The translations under genes and the position numbers were made by a program. Below, in pieces: positions 28,837-38,061 of a stretch of DNA of 64,000 bases. This DNA is from an uncultured Actinomycetes bacterium (GTDB taxonomy: Bacteria; Actinomycetota; UBA4738; JBBDTT01). Where the stretch lies: positions 352,001 through 416,000 of the forward strand of contig CAVUMN010000003.1 of assembly GCA_963742735.1 (NCBI GenBank). The letters run 5' to 3'. A model generated the notes under the pieces. It was not told the DNA's origin. It made no database searches and saw only the letters and a list, made by a program, of their open reading frames with translations. Each line of letters opens with the position of its first letter. Position 1 is the first letter of the stretch.

Positions 28837-29628
28837 ATGAGCGACCAGCCGCCTCGGCGCGACTCGGCCGAGCGGGCCCCCCACGCGGACCCGGGCATGC
28901 GCGAGGCGGCTCGCGACCTGTCATCGCTGTTCGGCGACGAGTCCGACCACGGCCGTGGCGCGACCGCGCTGGGGGCGCAGAAGGTGACCCGTCCCCGCTC
29001 GGCCCTCGCGCCCCCGGAGGGCGTGTCCGACCGGCTCAGCACCCTCGAGAGCCAGCTTCAGGAGGCGGTCCTTCGGATCGAGTCCGTTGACCAGCACCTG
29101 GCGACGACCTACCAGGCCCTGCAGGAGCTCGCCCAGAGGTCGACCGAGCCGGATCTGTTCGGCGGCGTGGAGAGCACCGAGGCGCTGCTCGACCGCATCG
29201 AGAAGGTGGTGACCGACCGATTCGAACGGCTCTCGGATCGCCTGGTCATGTTCGAGGCCCAGCTGAAGGACGGGGCGGTCGCCGAACGGCTTTCGGCGCT
29301 TGAGGATCGTGTCTCGTCCACGCTCTCGCTCGCCGAGCTCAGCCGCGAGGCCGTGGTCCGCCTGGAGAAGCTCGTGGCGTCGATGCTGGGACCGGAGGCG
29401 GCGGAGGAAGCCCTTCGCGGGCCCTCGCAGGCGCCCTCGGCTCCGCCGGCCGCCGTGGCCCCGCCGGAGCCGGACCGGGACGACGCGTGGGCTGAGTCCG
29501 ATCCCGTGGCCGAGCTCGATGCGCTCCTCGGGGCGCCCTACGACACGGTCGATGAGGGCCCGCCGGCCGATCCCGACGACTTGCTCTGGCCGAGCGAGCC
29601 CGAGGCACGCGAGGAACGACCCCGCTAG
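28837..29628 (+). CDS. Hypothetical coiled-coil protein with acidic/Pro-rich tail
   Basis: Heptad-like segments (DRLSTLESQLQEAVLRIE, ERLSALEDRV); TACCCT 6 nt before ATG. Confidence 0.7.
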   Translation: MSDQPPRRDSAERAPHADPGMREAARDLSSLFGDESDHGRGATALGAQKVTRPRSALAPPEGVSDRLSTLESQLQEAVLRIESVDQHLATTYQALQELAQRSTEPDLFGGVESTEALLDRIEKVVTDRFERLSDRLVMFEAQLKDGAVAERLSALEDRVSSTLSLAELSREAVVRLEKLVASMLGPEAAEEALRGPSQAPSAPPAAVAPPEPDRDDAWAESDPVAELDALLGAPYDTVDEGPPADPDDLLWPSEPEAREERPR

Positions 29629-29666
29629 CATCTGCTCCTGTTCCGTCCAAACGCGAAAGGACCAAG

Positions 29667-30632
29667 ATGCCGCAGCGCGTCATCCGTCCCCGGCGGTCGT
29701 GCCTGTCCGTCCCGGGGTCCTCACCGAAGATGCTCGGAAAGGCTCCCGGGCTTCCCGCCGATGAAGTGTTCATGGACCTCGAGGACTCCGTCGCGCCCCT
29801 CGCCAAGGAGGAGGCCCGCGGCAACGTGGTCCAGGCGCTGAAGGAGGGCGACTGGACCGGCAAGACCGTCGTGGTCCGGGTCAACGGCGTCTACACGAAG
29901 TGGTGCGCGGACGACGTGCGCCACATCGTCGAGAACGCGGGCGACCTGATCGACTGCCTGATGATCCCCAAGGTCGAGTACGCGAGCGACGTGAGCTTCG
30001 TCGACAACCTCCTGCGGATGACCGAGGACAACCTCGGGCTCGGCAAGCGGATCGGCCTGGAGATCCAGATCGAGACGGCCACCGGCCTGCGCAACATCCA
30101 CGACATCGCGCACGCTTCCGAACGCGCCGAGACCCTCATCTTCGGCCCGGCGGACATGAGTGCCTCGCTCGGCCTCCCCACGGTCACGGCCGGCCTTCCG
30201 ATGCCCGGCTACCCCGGCGACCACTGGCACCACGTCCTGTCGACGATCCTGATCGCGGCGCGCGACGCCGGCTTGCAGGCCATCGACGGGCCGTTCCTGC
30301 TCATCAAGGACCTCGACCAGTTCCGGGAGATGTCGATGCGCTCGCGGGCCCTCGGCTACGACGGGAAGTGGGCCCTGCACCCCGGCCAGATCGACGTTCT
30401 GAACGAGGTGTTCACGCCGACCCAGGACGAGTACGACAAGGCCGAGGCCGTCCTCGACGCGTACAAGCACGCCACCGAGATCGAGCTCAAGGGCGCGGTC
30501 ATGTTCGGCAACGAGATGATCGACGAGGCCAGCCGCAAGATGGCCGAGCAGTTCGCCCAGCGCGGTCGCGCGGCGGGCATGCAGCGAGTCAAGACCCTCG
30601 ATGACTTCACGGCGGCCAAGGACGAGGGCTAG
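29667..30632 (+). CDS. CitE/HpcH family CoA-ester lyase (malyl-CoA/beta-methylmalyl-CoA lyase-like)
   Basis: RPRRSCLSVPGS, DLEDSVAP, VVRVN, QIET, FGPADM, GYDGKWALHPGQ. Confidence 0.9.
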   Translation: MPQRVIRPRRSCLSVPGSSPKMLGKAPGLPADEVFMDLEDSVAPLAKEEARGNVVQALKEGDWTGKTVVVRVNGVYTKWCADDVRHIVENAGDLIDCLMIPKVEYASDVSFVDNLLRMTEDNLGLGKRIGLEIQIETATGLRNIHDIAHASERAETLIFGPADMSASLGLPTVTAGLPMPGYPGDHWHHVLSTILIAARDAGLQAIDGPFLLIKDLDQFREMSMRSRALGYDGKWALHPGQIDVLNEVFTPTQDEYDKAEAVLDAYKHATEIELKGAVMFGNEMIDEASRKMAEQFAQRGRAAGMQRVKTLDDFTAAKDEG

Positions 30633-30967
30633 TGCAGACCGTCGCCATCGTCCTGAACGTCGATCCGGCGCAAGTGGGCGCGTTCGAGACCGCCTTCCGC
30701 GAGCACGAGCTTCCGATCTGGGAGGACTTCCACGCCCGTGGCTCGATGCGGTTCGCCACGCTGTCGCGCATGGACATCTCCTCGGTCCCCACCGAGGGGG
30801 CCGTGCAGTACCTGATCACCGTGGTGTTCGCCGACGACGAGGGCCATCACGAGCACGACAACGACCCGCGGTTCGCGGCGTGGAACGAGATGGCCGATCG
30901 GTACCAGGTGGCGGAGCCCCTCGCCCTGGGCGGCGACACCGTGGTCTCGATCGGGGCGGAGGCGTGA
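30632..30967 (+). CDS. Small hypothetical protein, possible dimeric alpha/beta barrel (ABM/NIPSNAP-like)
   Basis: 111 aa, overlaps both neighbours; GHHEHDNDPRF motif. Confidence 0.7.
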   Translation: MQTVAIVLNVDPAQVGAFETAFREHELPIWEDFHARGSMRFATLSRMDISSVPTEGAVQYLITVVFADDEGHHEHDNDPRFAAWNEMADRYQVAEPLALGGDTVVSIGAEA

Positions 30968-32583
30968 GTCTCGAAGCCGCCCGCACCGCCGTCGAGGCCG
31001 CGGCCTCGGTGGTCGAGCAGGCCACCCAACGTCTCAAGGAGCTGACCGCGGAGGACGGCAAGGCCTCGGTCGCCAAGCTCGACGAGCACCAGGTCTTCGC
31101 CTACGACCTCGCCCACGCGGCCAGCGCCCTTCACTGCTGCCGCACCATGCTCGACTATGCCGAGCGGGGCGAGCTCGAGGGGCAGCTGGGGCGCTTCTAC
31201 GTCGCCGACGTCTTCGCCGACCTCGTGGGTCGCATCGTGGGCCGGGAGCGGTGGTGGGGCGTCGATCTCGCCGCGCTGGCTCCCGCCAATGACTTCGTCC
31301 AGGAGCACCGGTCCGGCGCGTTCATCGAAGCCCTCGGCGAGCAGGTGCTCCAGGCGGGTGGGGGACCGACCCACCTGCCGGAGGAGTTCGAGCTGGCGCG
31401 GGAGACGTTCCGGCGCTTCGCCGAGGACAAGATCCGCCCCGCGGCCGAACACGTCCATCGGTCCAACGACGACGTCCCCGAGGACATCATCAAGGGCCTG
31501 GCCGAGCTCGGGGGCTTCGGGCTGTCGGTGCCGGAGGAGTACGGCGGCCTGGCCTCGGGCGGAGAGAGCGACTACCTGGGCATGGTCGTGGCCACCGAGG
31601 CGCTGTCCTGGGGCAGCCTGGCCATCGGGGGGTCGCTGATCACGCGACCGGAGATCCTCACCCGCGCCATCGTGAAGGGCGGCACCGACGAGCAGAAGCA
31701 GCGATGGCTGCCCGGCATCGCCACGGGCGAGCTGATGGTCTCGGTCATGGTCACCGAGCCCGACTTCGGGTCCGACGCCGCGGCCGTGTCGGTCGCGGCG
31801 ACGCCCGTCGAGGGGGGCTGGAAGGTCCGCGGGGTGAAGACGTGGGCAACCTTCGCCGGTCGGGCGAACACGCTGATGCTCCTGGCCCGCACCGACCCGG
31901 ACAAGGCGAAGGCCCACCGGGGCCTCTCCCTGTTCGTCGTGGCCAAGCCCGAAGCCGCCGGCCACGAGTTCCGCTTCGAGCAGGACGACGGCGGGACGAT
32001 GGAGGGCCGGGCCATCGACACCATCGGCTACCGGGGCATGCATTCCTACGAGGTGGCGTTCGACGACTGGTTCGTGCCGGCCGAGAACCTGGTTGGGGGC
32101 GAGGACGGGCTGGGCAAGGGGTTCTACCTGACGATGGAGGGGTTCGAGAACGGCCGGCTCCAGACGGCCGCCCGGGCCGTGGGCGTCATGCAGGCCGCCT
32201 TCGAAGCCGCCCGCGACTACGCCCGGGAGCGGGTCGTGTTCGGCCGTCCCATCGCCGAGTACCAGCTCACGAAGTTCAAGCTCGCTCGTATGGCGGCCCT
32301 CATCCAGGCGGGGCGGCAGGGCGCCCTCGATGTGGCCCGGCGGATGGCGACGGGCACGGGCACGCTGCAGGCGGCCATGGTCAAGGCCTACGTCTGCCGG
32401 GCGGCCGAGTGGGTCACCCGCGAGGCCCAGCAGATCCACGGCGGGATGGGCTACGCCGAGGAGTACGCGGTCAGCCGCTACTTCGTGGACGCCCGGGTCC
32501 TGTCGATCTTCGAGGGCGCCGACGAGACCCTCTGCCTTCGCCTGATCGCCCGCCGACTGGCGGAAGACGGCCAGGCGACCTGA
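30964..32583 (+). CDS. Acyl-CoA dehydrogenase, (2S)-methylsuccinyl-CoA dehydrogenase-like
   Basis: N-terminal extension; VPEEYGG, TEPDFGSD, IGYRGMHSYE, GRLQTAARAVG, QIHGGMGYAEEY, IFEG. Confidence 0.88.
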   Translation: MSLEAARTAVEAAASVVEQATQRLKELTAEDGKASVAKLDEHQVFAYDLAHAASALHCCRTMLDYAERGELEGQLGRFYVADVFADLVGRIVGRERWWGVDLAALAPANDFVQEHRSGAFIEALGEQVLQAGGGPTHLPEEFELARETFRRFAEDKIRPAAEHVHRSNDDVPEDIIKGLAELGGFGLSVPEEYGGLASGGESDYLGMVVATEALSWGSLAIGGSLITRPEILTRAIVKGGTDEQKQRWLPGIATGELMVSVMVTEPDFGSDAAAVSVAATPVEGGWKVRGVKTWATFAGRANTLMLLARTDPDKAKAHRGLSLFVVAKPEAAGHEFRFEQDDGGTMEGRAIDTIGYRGMHSYEVAFDDWFVPAENLVGGEDGLGKGFYLTMEGFENGRLQTAARAVGVMQAAFEAARDYARERVVFGRPIAEYQLTKFKLARMAALIQAGRQGALDVARRMATGTGTLQAAMVKAYVCRAAEWVTREAQQIHGGMGYAEEYAVSRYFVDARVLSIFEGADETLCLRLIARRLAEDGQAT

Positions 32584-32602
32584 CGACGAACCGGGAGGGA
32601 CG

Positions 32603-33109
32603 ATGGGAGAGGCGAGGCCGTTCGGGCGGTACCTGGAGGACTTCGAGGTCGGCGACGTCTACAAGCACTGGCCGGGCAAGACGATCACCGAGTACGACGA
32701 CCACCTCTTCTGCATGATCACGATGAACCACCATCCCCTGCACACCAACGCCCACTTCGCGGAGACCTCGACCCAGTTCAAGCGCAACGTGGTCGTCGGG
32801 AACCTCGTCTACTCGCTGGCGCTGGGGATGAGCGTCCCCGACGTATCCGGCAAGGCCATCGCGAACCTGGAGGTCGAGTCGCTCCAGCATCGAGCGCCCT
32901 TCTTCCACGGCGACACGCTCTACGCGCAGACGAAGGTCCTGGAGGTGAAGGCGTCCTCGTCGAAGCCCGACCGGGGGATCGTCACCGTCGAGACGCGCGG
33001 GTACAACCAAGACGGGACCGAGGTCCTGTACTTCCGGCGCAAGGTGATGGTGCCCAAGCGCGGGACCGTCGACGAGCAGCCCGGCAGGCCGGAACCGAAG
33101 CCCGAGTAG
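32603..33109 (+). CDS. MaoC-family dehydratase (mesaconyl-CoA hydratase-like)
   Basis: GRYLEDFEVGDVYKHWPGKTITEYDDHLFCMITMNHHPLH, PFFHGDTL. Confidence 0.9.
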   Translation: MGEARPFGRYLEDFEVGDVYKHWPGKTITEYDDHLFCMITMNHHPLHTNAHFAETSTQFKRNVVVGNLVYSLALGMSVPDVSGKAIANLEVESLQHRAPFFHGDTLYAQTKVLEVKASSSKPDRGIVTVETRGYNQDGTEVLYFRRKVMVPKRGTVDEQPGRPEPKPE

Positions 33110-33129
33110 CTCCCGTTCGACGGGGGTTT
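33110..33129 (+). terminator. Possible intrinsic terminator
   Basis: CTCCCGT-TCG-ACGGGGG followed by TTT, immediately after the MaoC stop. Confidence 0.5.
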
Positions 33130-33206
33130 CACGGAGGTCGCCTACGTAGGTCTGCGTATCCGGAAGGGCGAGATGTCTCAAGCCGTCCTCCCCGGGTCAT
33201 ACCTGG

Positions 33207-33510
33207 GTGGTGAGACGCGAAACCCTGTCCGACACGCCCGTGCCCCGGAACGACTGGTCCGGGCCGGCCAACGGCTCCCGGCGACAGTTCCCGGCGCAGC
33301 TCGCCACCCTTCTCCTGGTCGATCCGTTCCCGCTGGCGCGGGCGGGGCTGGCCGGGATCATCCGGCAGGATCCCGAGCTCGGCGTGCCGGGAGAGCTCCA
33401 ACCCGGGGTCGTCCTGGCAGGCCATGCGGATCAGCCCCCGGATGACCTCGTGGTCGTCGACGACCATCACGCGGGTGCGCGGTTCGCTCTCGATGCCGGC
33501 CGTCGGCCAT
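33207..33510. pseudogene. Two convergent 5' fragments of NarL-type response regulators joined at GAGCTC
   Basis: + strand LLLVDPFPLARAGLAGIIRQDPELGVPGE(L); - strand TRVMVVDDHEVIRGLIRMACQDDPGLEL; both stop resembling receivers at 33393-33398. Confidence 0.65.
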
Positions 33511-33548
33511 CCCCTCCCGTCCTCGGTTCGCCGATTATCCTCGCGCGC

Positions 33549-34232
33549 ATGCCCACCGAGGAAGTGGCGGCGATCGAGGCCGAGGTCGTGGCGTGTGTGC
33601 GCTGCCCCCGGCTGGTGGCCTGGCGCGAGCAGGCGGCCCGGGATCGCCCCCGTCGCTTCGCCGGCGAGACGTACTGGGGGCGGCCCGTCCCGGGGTTCGG
33701 CGACCCACGGGCCCGCGTGTTCGTGGTCGGGCTTGCCCCGGCGGCCCACGGGGGAAACCGCACGGGGCGGGTGTTCACCGGCGACCGATCGGGGGACTGG
33801 CTGTTCGCCTCACTGCACCGGACCGGGTTCGCCAACCAGCCCCGCTCCGAGGGCTCCGGAGACGGGCTGCGCCTGAGCGACCTGTTCGTCGCGGCGGTCG
33901 TGCGCTGCGCGCCGCCCGCCAACAAGCCCCTGCCCGAGGAGCGCGACAACTGTCTGCCCTACCTGGTCCGGGAGCTCGCGGCGCTCGGCGGGGTGCGGGT
34001 GCTGGTCGCCCTCGGTTCCTTCGCGTGGGACGGCGCGCTCCGGGCGCTGGGCGCCCTCGGCCACGCCGCCCGTCCGAAGCCGCGGTTCGGCCACGGGGCC
34101 GAGGCGGACGTCGGCCCGTACACCGTGCTGGGCTCCTATCACCCCAGCCAGCAGAACACCTTCACCGGTGTCCTCACCGAACCGATGACCGACGCGGTCT
34201 TCACCCGAGCCCGCGAGCTCGCCGAGGGGTGA
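33549..34232 (+). CDS. udgB: Uracil-DNA glycosylase family 5 (UdgB)
   Basis: CVRCPRLVAWRE, YWGRPVPGFGD, GLAPAAHGGNRTGRVFTGDRSG, YHPSQQNT. Confidence 0.93.
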   Translation: MPTEEVAAIEAEVVACVRCPRLVAWREQAARDRPRRFAGETYWGRPVPGFGDPRARVFVVGLAPAAHGGNRTGRVFTGDRSGDWLFASLHRTGFANQPRSEGSGDGLRLSDLFVAAVVRCAPPANKPLPEERDNCLPYLVRELAALGGVRVLVALGSFAWDGALRALGALGHAARPKPRFGHGAEADVGPYTVLGSYHPSQQNTFTGVLTEPMTDAVFTRARELAEG

Positions 34233-34260
34233 TTCCGCAGGGCGGGCGTATCCTCGCGAC

Positions 34261-36156
34261 ATGCGGGGTGCGCACGGATTTGGGCTGATCCTCGAGGAGA
34301 CCAAGCCGGTCGATCGCAAGACCCTTCGGCGCGTCATCTCGGCGTTCAAGCCGTACAAGGGCAAGGTCGGCATGGTCGCCGCGCTGATCTTCGTGACGGC
34401 GACCATCGGCGTCGTGAACCCGATCCTGATCAAGGTCATCTTCGACACGGCCCTGTTCCCGCCGGGCGGAGAGGTGAACCTGCCGCGGCTGTACTTCCTG
34501 GTCGGGCTGATGGTCGGGATCCCCATCGTGAGCGGCGCCATCGGGGTGTGGCAGACCTACCTGGCGAACATCGTCGGCCAGCGCGTGATGCAGGACTTCC
34601 GCAATGCGCTCTACCGCCACCTGCAGCACATGCCCTTGCGGTTCTTCACCACCGCACGCACCGGGGAGATCCAGTCGCGCATCTCGAACGACGTCGGCGG
34701 CGTGCAGTCGGTCATCACCGACACCGCGTCGAGCATCCTGTCGAACGTCGTCATCCTGATCTCGACGCTCGTGGCGATGGTGATCCTGTCGTGGCAGCTC
34801 ACCGTGCTGTCGCTGTTCATGATGCCGTTCTTCATCTGGTTGACCACGAAGGTCGGCAAGGCCCGCAAGGAGGTCGCCCGCAACACGCAGAAGTCGATGG
34901 CCGAGCTGACGTCGATCACCGAGGAGACGCTCTCGGTGAGCGGCATCCTGCTGTCCAAGGCGTTCGGGCGGCAGCGCTACGAGATCCGCCGGTTCCGGGA
35001 GGAGAACGCGAAGCTCTCGGGCCTTCAGCTGAGGCAGCAGATGATCGGGCGATCGTTCTTCGCCACGATCCAGATCTTCTTCTCGATCACCCCCGCCCTG
35101 GTGTACCTCGTGGCCGGCTGGGTGATCGCCGACCGCGGCCTGGCGGCGTCCGGCATCACCGCCGGGACCATCGTCGCGTTCACCACCCTGCAGAGCCGGC
35201 TGTTCTTCCCGGTGGGGCAGATGCTCCAGGTGACCGTGGAGGTTCAGTCGGCGAGCGCGCTGTTCGAGCGGATCTACGAGTACCTGGACATGCCCCGGGA
35301 GATCGAGGACTCCCCCGACGCACTCGCCCTCGAGCCCGAGCAGGTGGAGGGACGGGTTCGCTTCCGGGGAGTCTCCTTCCGCTACGACACGCCCCCGGAC
35401 GAGGACGTTCCGACCTCACCGGTCCCCCCGAGCGCTCCGGAGGACCGAGGCCGGGAGTGGGCGATCCGCGGCGTGGACCTCGAGATCGAGCCGGGCCAGC
35501 TCGCGGCGCTCGTCGGCGCCAGCGGCGCGGGCAAGACGACCATGACGTACCTCACCCCACGCTTCTACGACGTGCAGGAGGGCTCGGTGGAGATCGACGG
35601 CCACGACGTGCGCGGGCTGAAGCTCGCCTCCATCGGCGAGATCATCGGGATGGTCACCCAGGAGACCTACCTGTTCAACATGACCATCAAGCAGAACCTC
35701 CTGTACGGGAACCCCGACGCCTCTCAGGAGCAGATCGAGGCCGCCGCGAGGGCCGCGTTCATCCACGACCGGATCATGGAGATGCCCGAGGGCTACGAGA
35801 CGGTGGTCGGGGAGCGCGGCTACCGGATGTCCGGCGGCGAGAAGCAGCGCCTGGCCATCGCCCGGGTGATCCTGAAGGACCCGCGCATCCTCATCCTGGA
35901 CGAGGCCACCAGCGCCCTCGACTCGTACTCGGAACGTCTGGTGCAGGAGGCCCTGCAGCCCCTCATGGAGGGTCGCACGACGATCGCGATCGCCCACCGT
36001 CTCTCGACGATCCTGGCCGCCGACGTGATCTTCGTCCTCGACCGGGGGAAGATCGCCGAGCGAGGAACCCACGAGGATCTCCTCGCCCAGGGCGGCGCGT
36101 ACTCGAAGCTCTACCGCGAGCAGTTCAAGTCCGGCGCGCTGCAGACCTCCGGCTAG
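34261..36156 (+). CDS. ABC exporter, fused permease/ATPase
   Basis: TM domain, GASGAGKT, MSGGEKQR, ILDEATSALD, IAHRLST. Confidence 0.95.
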   Translation: MRGAHGFGLILEETKPVDRKTLRRVISAFKPYKGKVGMVAALIFVTATIGVVNPILIKVIFDTALFPPGGEVNLPRLYFLVGLMVGIPIVSGAIGVWQTYLANIVGQRVMQDFRNALYRHLQHMPLRFFTTARTGEIQSRISNDVGGVQSVITDTASSILSNVVILISTLVAMVILSWQLTVLSLFMMPFFIWLTTKVGKARKEVARNTQKSMAELTSITEETLSVSGILLSKAFGRQRYEIRRFREENAKLSGLQLRQQMIGRSFFATIQIFFSITPALVYLVAGWVIADRGLAASGITAGTIVAFTTLQSRLFFPVGQMLQVTVEVQSASALFERIYEYLDMPREIEDSPDALALEPEQVEGRVRFRGVSFRYDTPPDEDVPTSPVPPSAPEDRGREWAIRGVDLEIEPGQLAALVGASGAGKTTMTYLTPRFYDVQEGSVEIDGHDVRGLKLASIGEIIGMVTQETYLFNMTIKQNLLYGNPDASQEQIEAAARAAFIHDRIMEMPEGYETVVGERGYRMSGGEKQRLAIARVILKDPRILILDEATSALDSYSERLVQEALQPLMEGRTTIAIAHRLSTILAADVIFVLDRGKIAERGTHEDLLAQGGAYSKLYREQFKSGALQTSG

Positions 36157-37523
36157 GAGATCCGCACCTCGACCCGCCGGTAGTACCCGGGCAGTCCCCC
36201 GAGCGCGTCGTGATGGTCGACGGGCGGGGAGCCACCCAGGTCCACCCTGAACCGAAGGGTTCCGTCCCGGGAGGCGCGGTAGGCCACGATGGCATCGGAG
36301 CTGCTGAGCCGGACGTCGTACCAGCGCCCGGGCCGGTAGGCGGGCGGGGTGCGCACCTCGACGACACCGCCGCCGATCAGGGTCAGTCCCTCCGCGTTCT
36401 CGGCCACCTCCACGAAGTCGTGGACGTCCCGGTCGACCCGGAACCGCCACCCGTAGGCGGCGAACGCCGACTCGGCGCTCCGGTACGTAAAGGTCGCCGG
36501 TGCCCGAGCCCGGCCGGTGAGATGGCTCGCGTGGAACTCCAGCTGCTGTCGGATGAACGGGTAGCGTGAGGCCCAGGAATGGTTCCCCCGCTCCATCTGG
36601 AACTCGTGCTCGTAGCCGAGGGCGTCCAGGCGTGCGTCCATCTCCAGGTTCATCGCCAGGACGGCGGCCTCCAGCCCGAGATCGCTGAACGTCCCCGACG
36701 TCGGCGGCTCGGCGGCCGGCTCGGCGTCGAACACCAGGTGCCGCATCGCCAGCCCGTTTCCGTTCGACGCGAGGTCCAGCGGGTTGTTCGTGCGGTAGTA
36801 CCACTCGTTGGTCACGGGGTCGCCGAAGACGCGGAACGGGTTGCCGAACGGGAAGCCGGGGATGTCCGGGGCCGGCGGGGCCGGCGGCCGCGGAAGCGTC
36901 TCGCCCGTCCAGGGCACGGGCAGGGTCGAGGCGAGGCTGGCCGGAGAGGGGGGCGCGACGAGCACGTTGAGCGCACCGCTGATCGAGCCGACGCTCGCGA
37001 ACCGATCGGGATGCTTCAGGGCGAGCTTCCACGAGCCGAACCCGCCCAGGGACGCGCCGTCGATCCCCGTCCACGCCCGGCCGCGCCGGACCGGGAACCG
37101 TGCCTCCACGAAGGGCATGAGCTCGTCCAGGAACATCGTCTCGTACCGCGGAGGCCCGAAGGCCCCCTCGTTGAACCAGTCCGTCCAGAACCCCGCCGCC
37201 GCCCCGTCGGGCATGACCAGCACGAGCGGAAGCGGCGTCGGCCGGGCCATGAACTCGGCGACGTGGCCGCCGTCGGTCCAGTACGTCCAGTCGCCGCCGA
37301 AGCCGTGCAGTAGGTACAGCACCGCGCACCGGTTCCGCGTCGTGCACTGGGCGGGCACGTAGACGCGGAGACGCTCCCGCTCGCCGCCCAGCGCCGGGCT
37401 GACGAACGAGGTCTCGAACACGCGCCCGGCCGCCAGGGACCGGGCGCCTGCGGGGGGAGCCGGGGCGCTCAGCGCGCCCGCGACCAGGACGAGCGCCATC
37501 AACGACCGAACCGATCGACGCAT
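36153..37523 (-). CDS. Secreted putative esterase (alpha/beta hydrolase, antigen-85/esterase-like) with C-terminal extension
   Basis: Signal peptide; VLYLLHG, LVMPDG, GASLGG nucleophile elbow, GNHSW. Confidence 0.85.
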   Translation of the reverse strand: MRRSVRSLMALVLVAGALSAPAPPAGARSLAAGRVFETSFVSPALGGERERLRVYVPAQCTTRNRCAVLYLLHGFGGDWTYWTDGGHVAEFMARPTPLPLVLVMPDGAAAGFWTDWFNEGAFGPPRYETMFLDELMPFVEARFPVRRGRAWTGIDGASLGGFGSWKLALKHPDRFASVGSISGALNVLVAPPSPASLASTLPVPWTGETLPRPPAPPAPDIPGFPFGNPFRVFGDPVTNEWYYRTNNPLDLASNGNGLAMRHLVFDAEPAAEPPTSGTFSDLGLEAAVLAMNLEMDARLDALGYEHEFQMERGNHSWASRYPFIRQQLEFHASHLTGRARAPATFTYRSAESAFAAYGWRFRVDRDVHDFVEVAENAEGLTLIGGGVVEVRTPPAYRPGRWYDVRLSSSDAIVAYRASRDGTLRFRVDLGGSPPVDHHDALGGLPGYYRRVEVRIS

Positions 37524-37546
37524 GCTCACCAGGTTCGACGGCCGGG

Positions 37547-38038
37547 CTACAGGTCCCTGGCGTAGCTCCGCATACAGAATCCGCTGGGGAAGCTGAAGTC
37601 CTCGCCCCGCACGAACCCGTTGCGCTCATACAGACGTTGCGCCGCGACCATTCGGTCCGTCGTGTTGAGGATCATCCGGACCCGGCCGTTCCGCCGCGCG
37701 TCCTCCATGGCCGCGTCCAGCAGCGCCTGCCCGGCCCCCTTCGTCCGGGCGCCGGGGTCGACCCCCAGCATGCGAAGCCGGGCTTCGTCCGGACGCATCG
37801 GCGGCTCCCCCTTGGAGATCTCGTGGTCGTACTCGACCGTGGCGGTCCCGATGATGCGGTCGTCGACCACGGCGACGAACACGGAGGAGATCGAGTCGCG
37901 TCCGGCGACGTCGGCGATCTCGCCGAGGTAGTCCTCCCAGTCACCGTCGTCGTCGGGAGGGACGTACTCGCGGTAGGCCCCGGACGTGATTCGTCCGGCC
38001 TCCTCGTGCTCCTCGGGACGGACCCGGCGGACCTCCAT
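37547..38038 (-). CDS. GNAT family N-acetyltransferase
   Basis: LRMLGVDPGARTKGAGQALL, AAQRLYERNGF. Confidence 0.9.
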   Translation of the reverse strand: MEVRRVRPEEHEEAGRITSGAYREYVPPDDDGDWEDYLGEIADVAGRDSISSVFVAVVDDRIIGTATVEYDHEISKGEPPMRPDEARLRMLGVDPGARTKGAGQALLDAAMEDARRNGRVRMILNTTDRMVAAQRLYERNGFVRGEDFSFPSGFCMRSYARDL

Positions 38039-38061
38039 TCGCCGAGCATAAGATGCGACGG

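Noticed and set aside
33207-34232. 341-aa receiver-UDG fusion protein
   Set aside because: The N-terminal part is a truncated receiver plus antisense of another fragment. udgB has its own TATCCT/ATG start at 33549.
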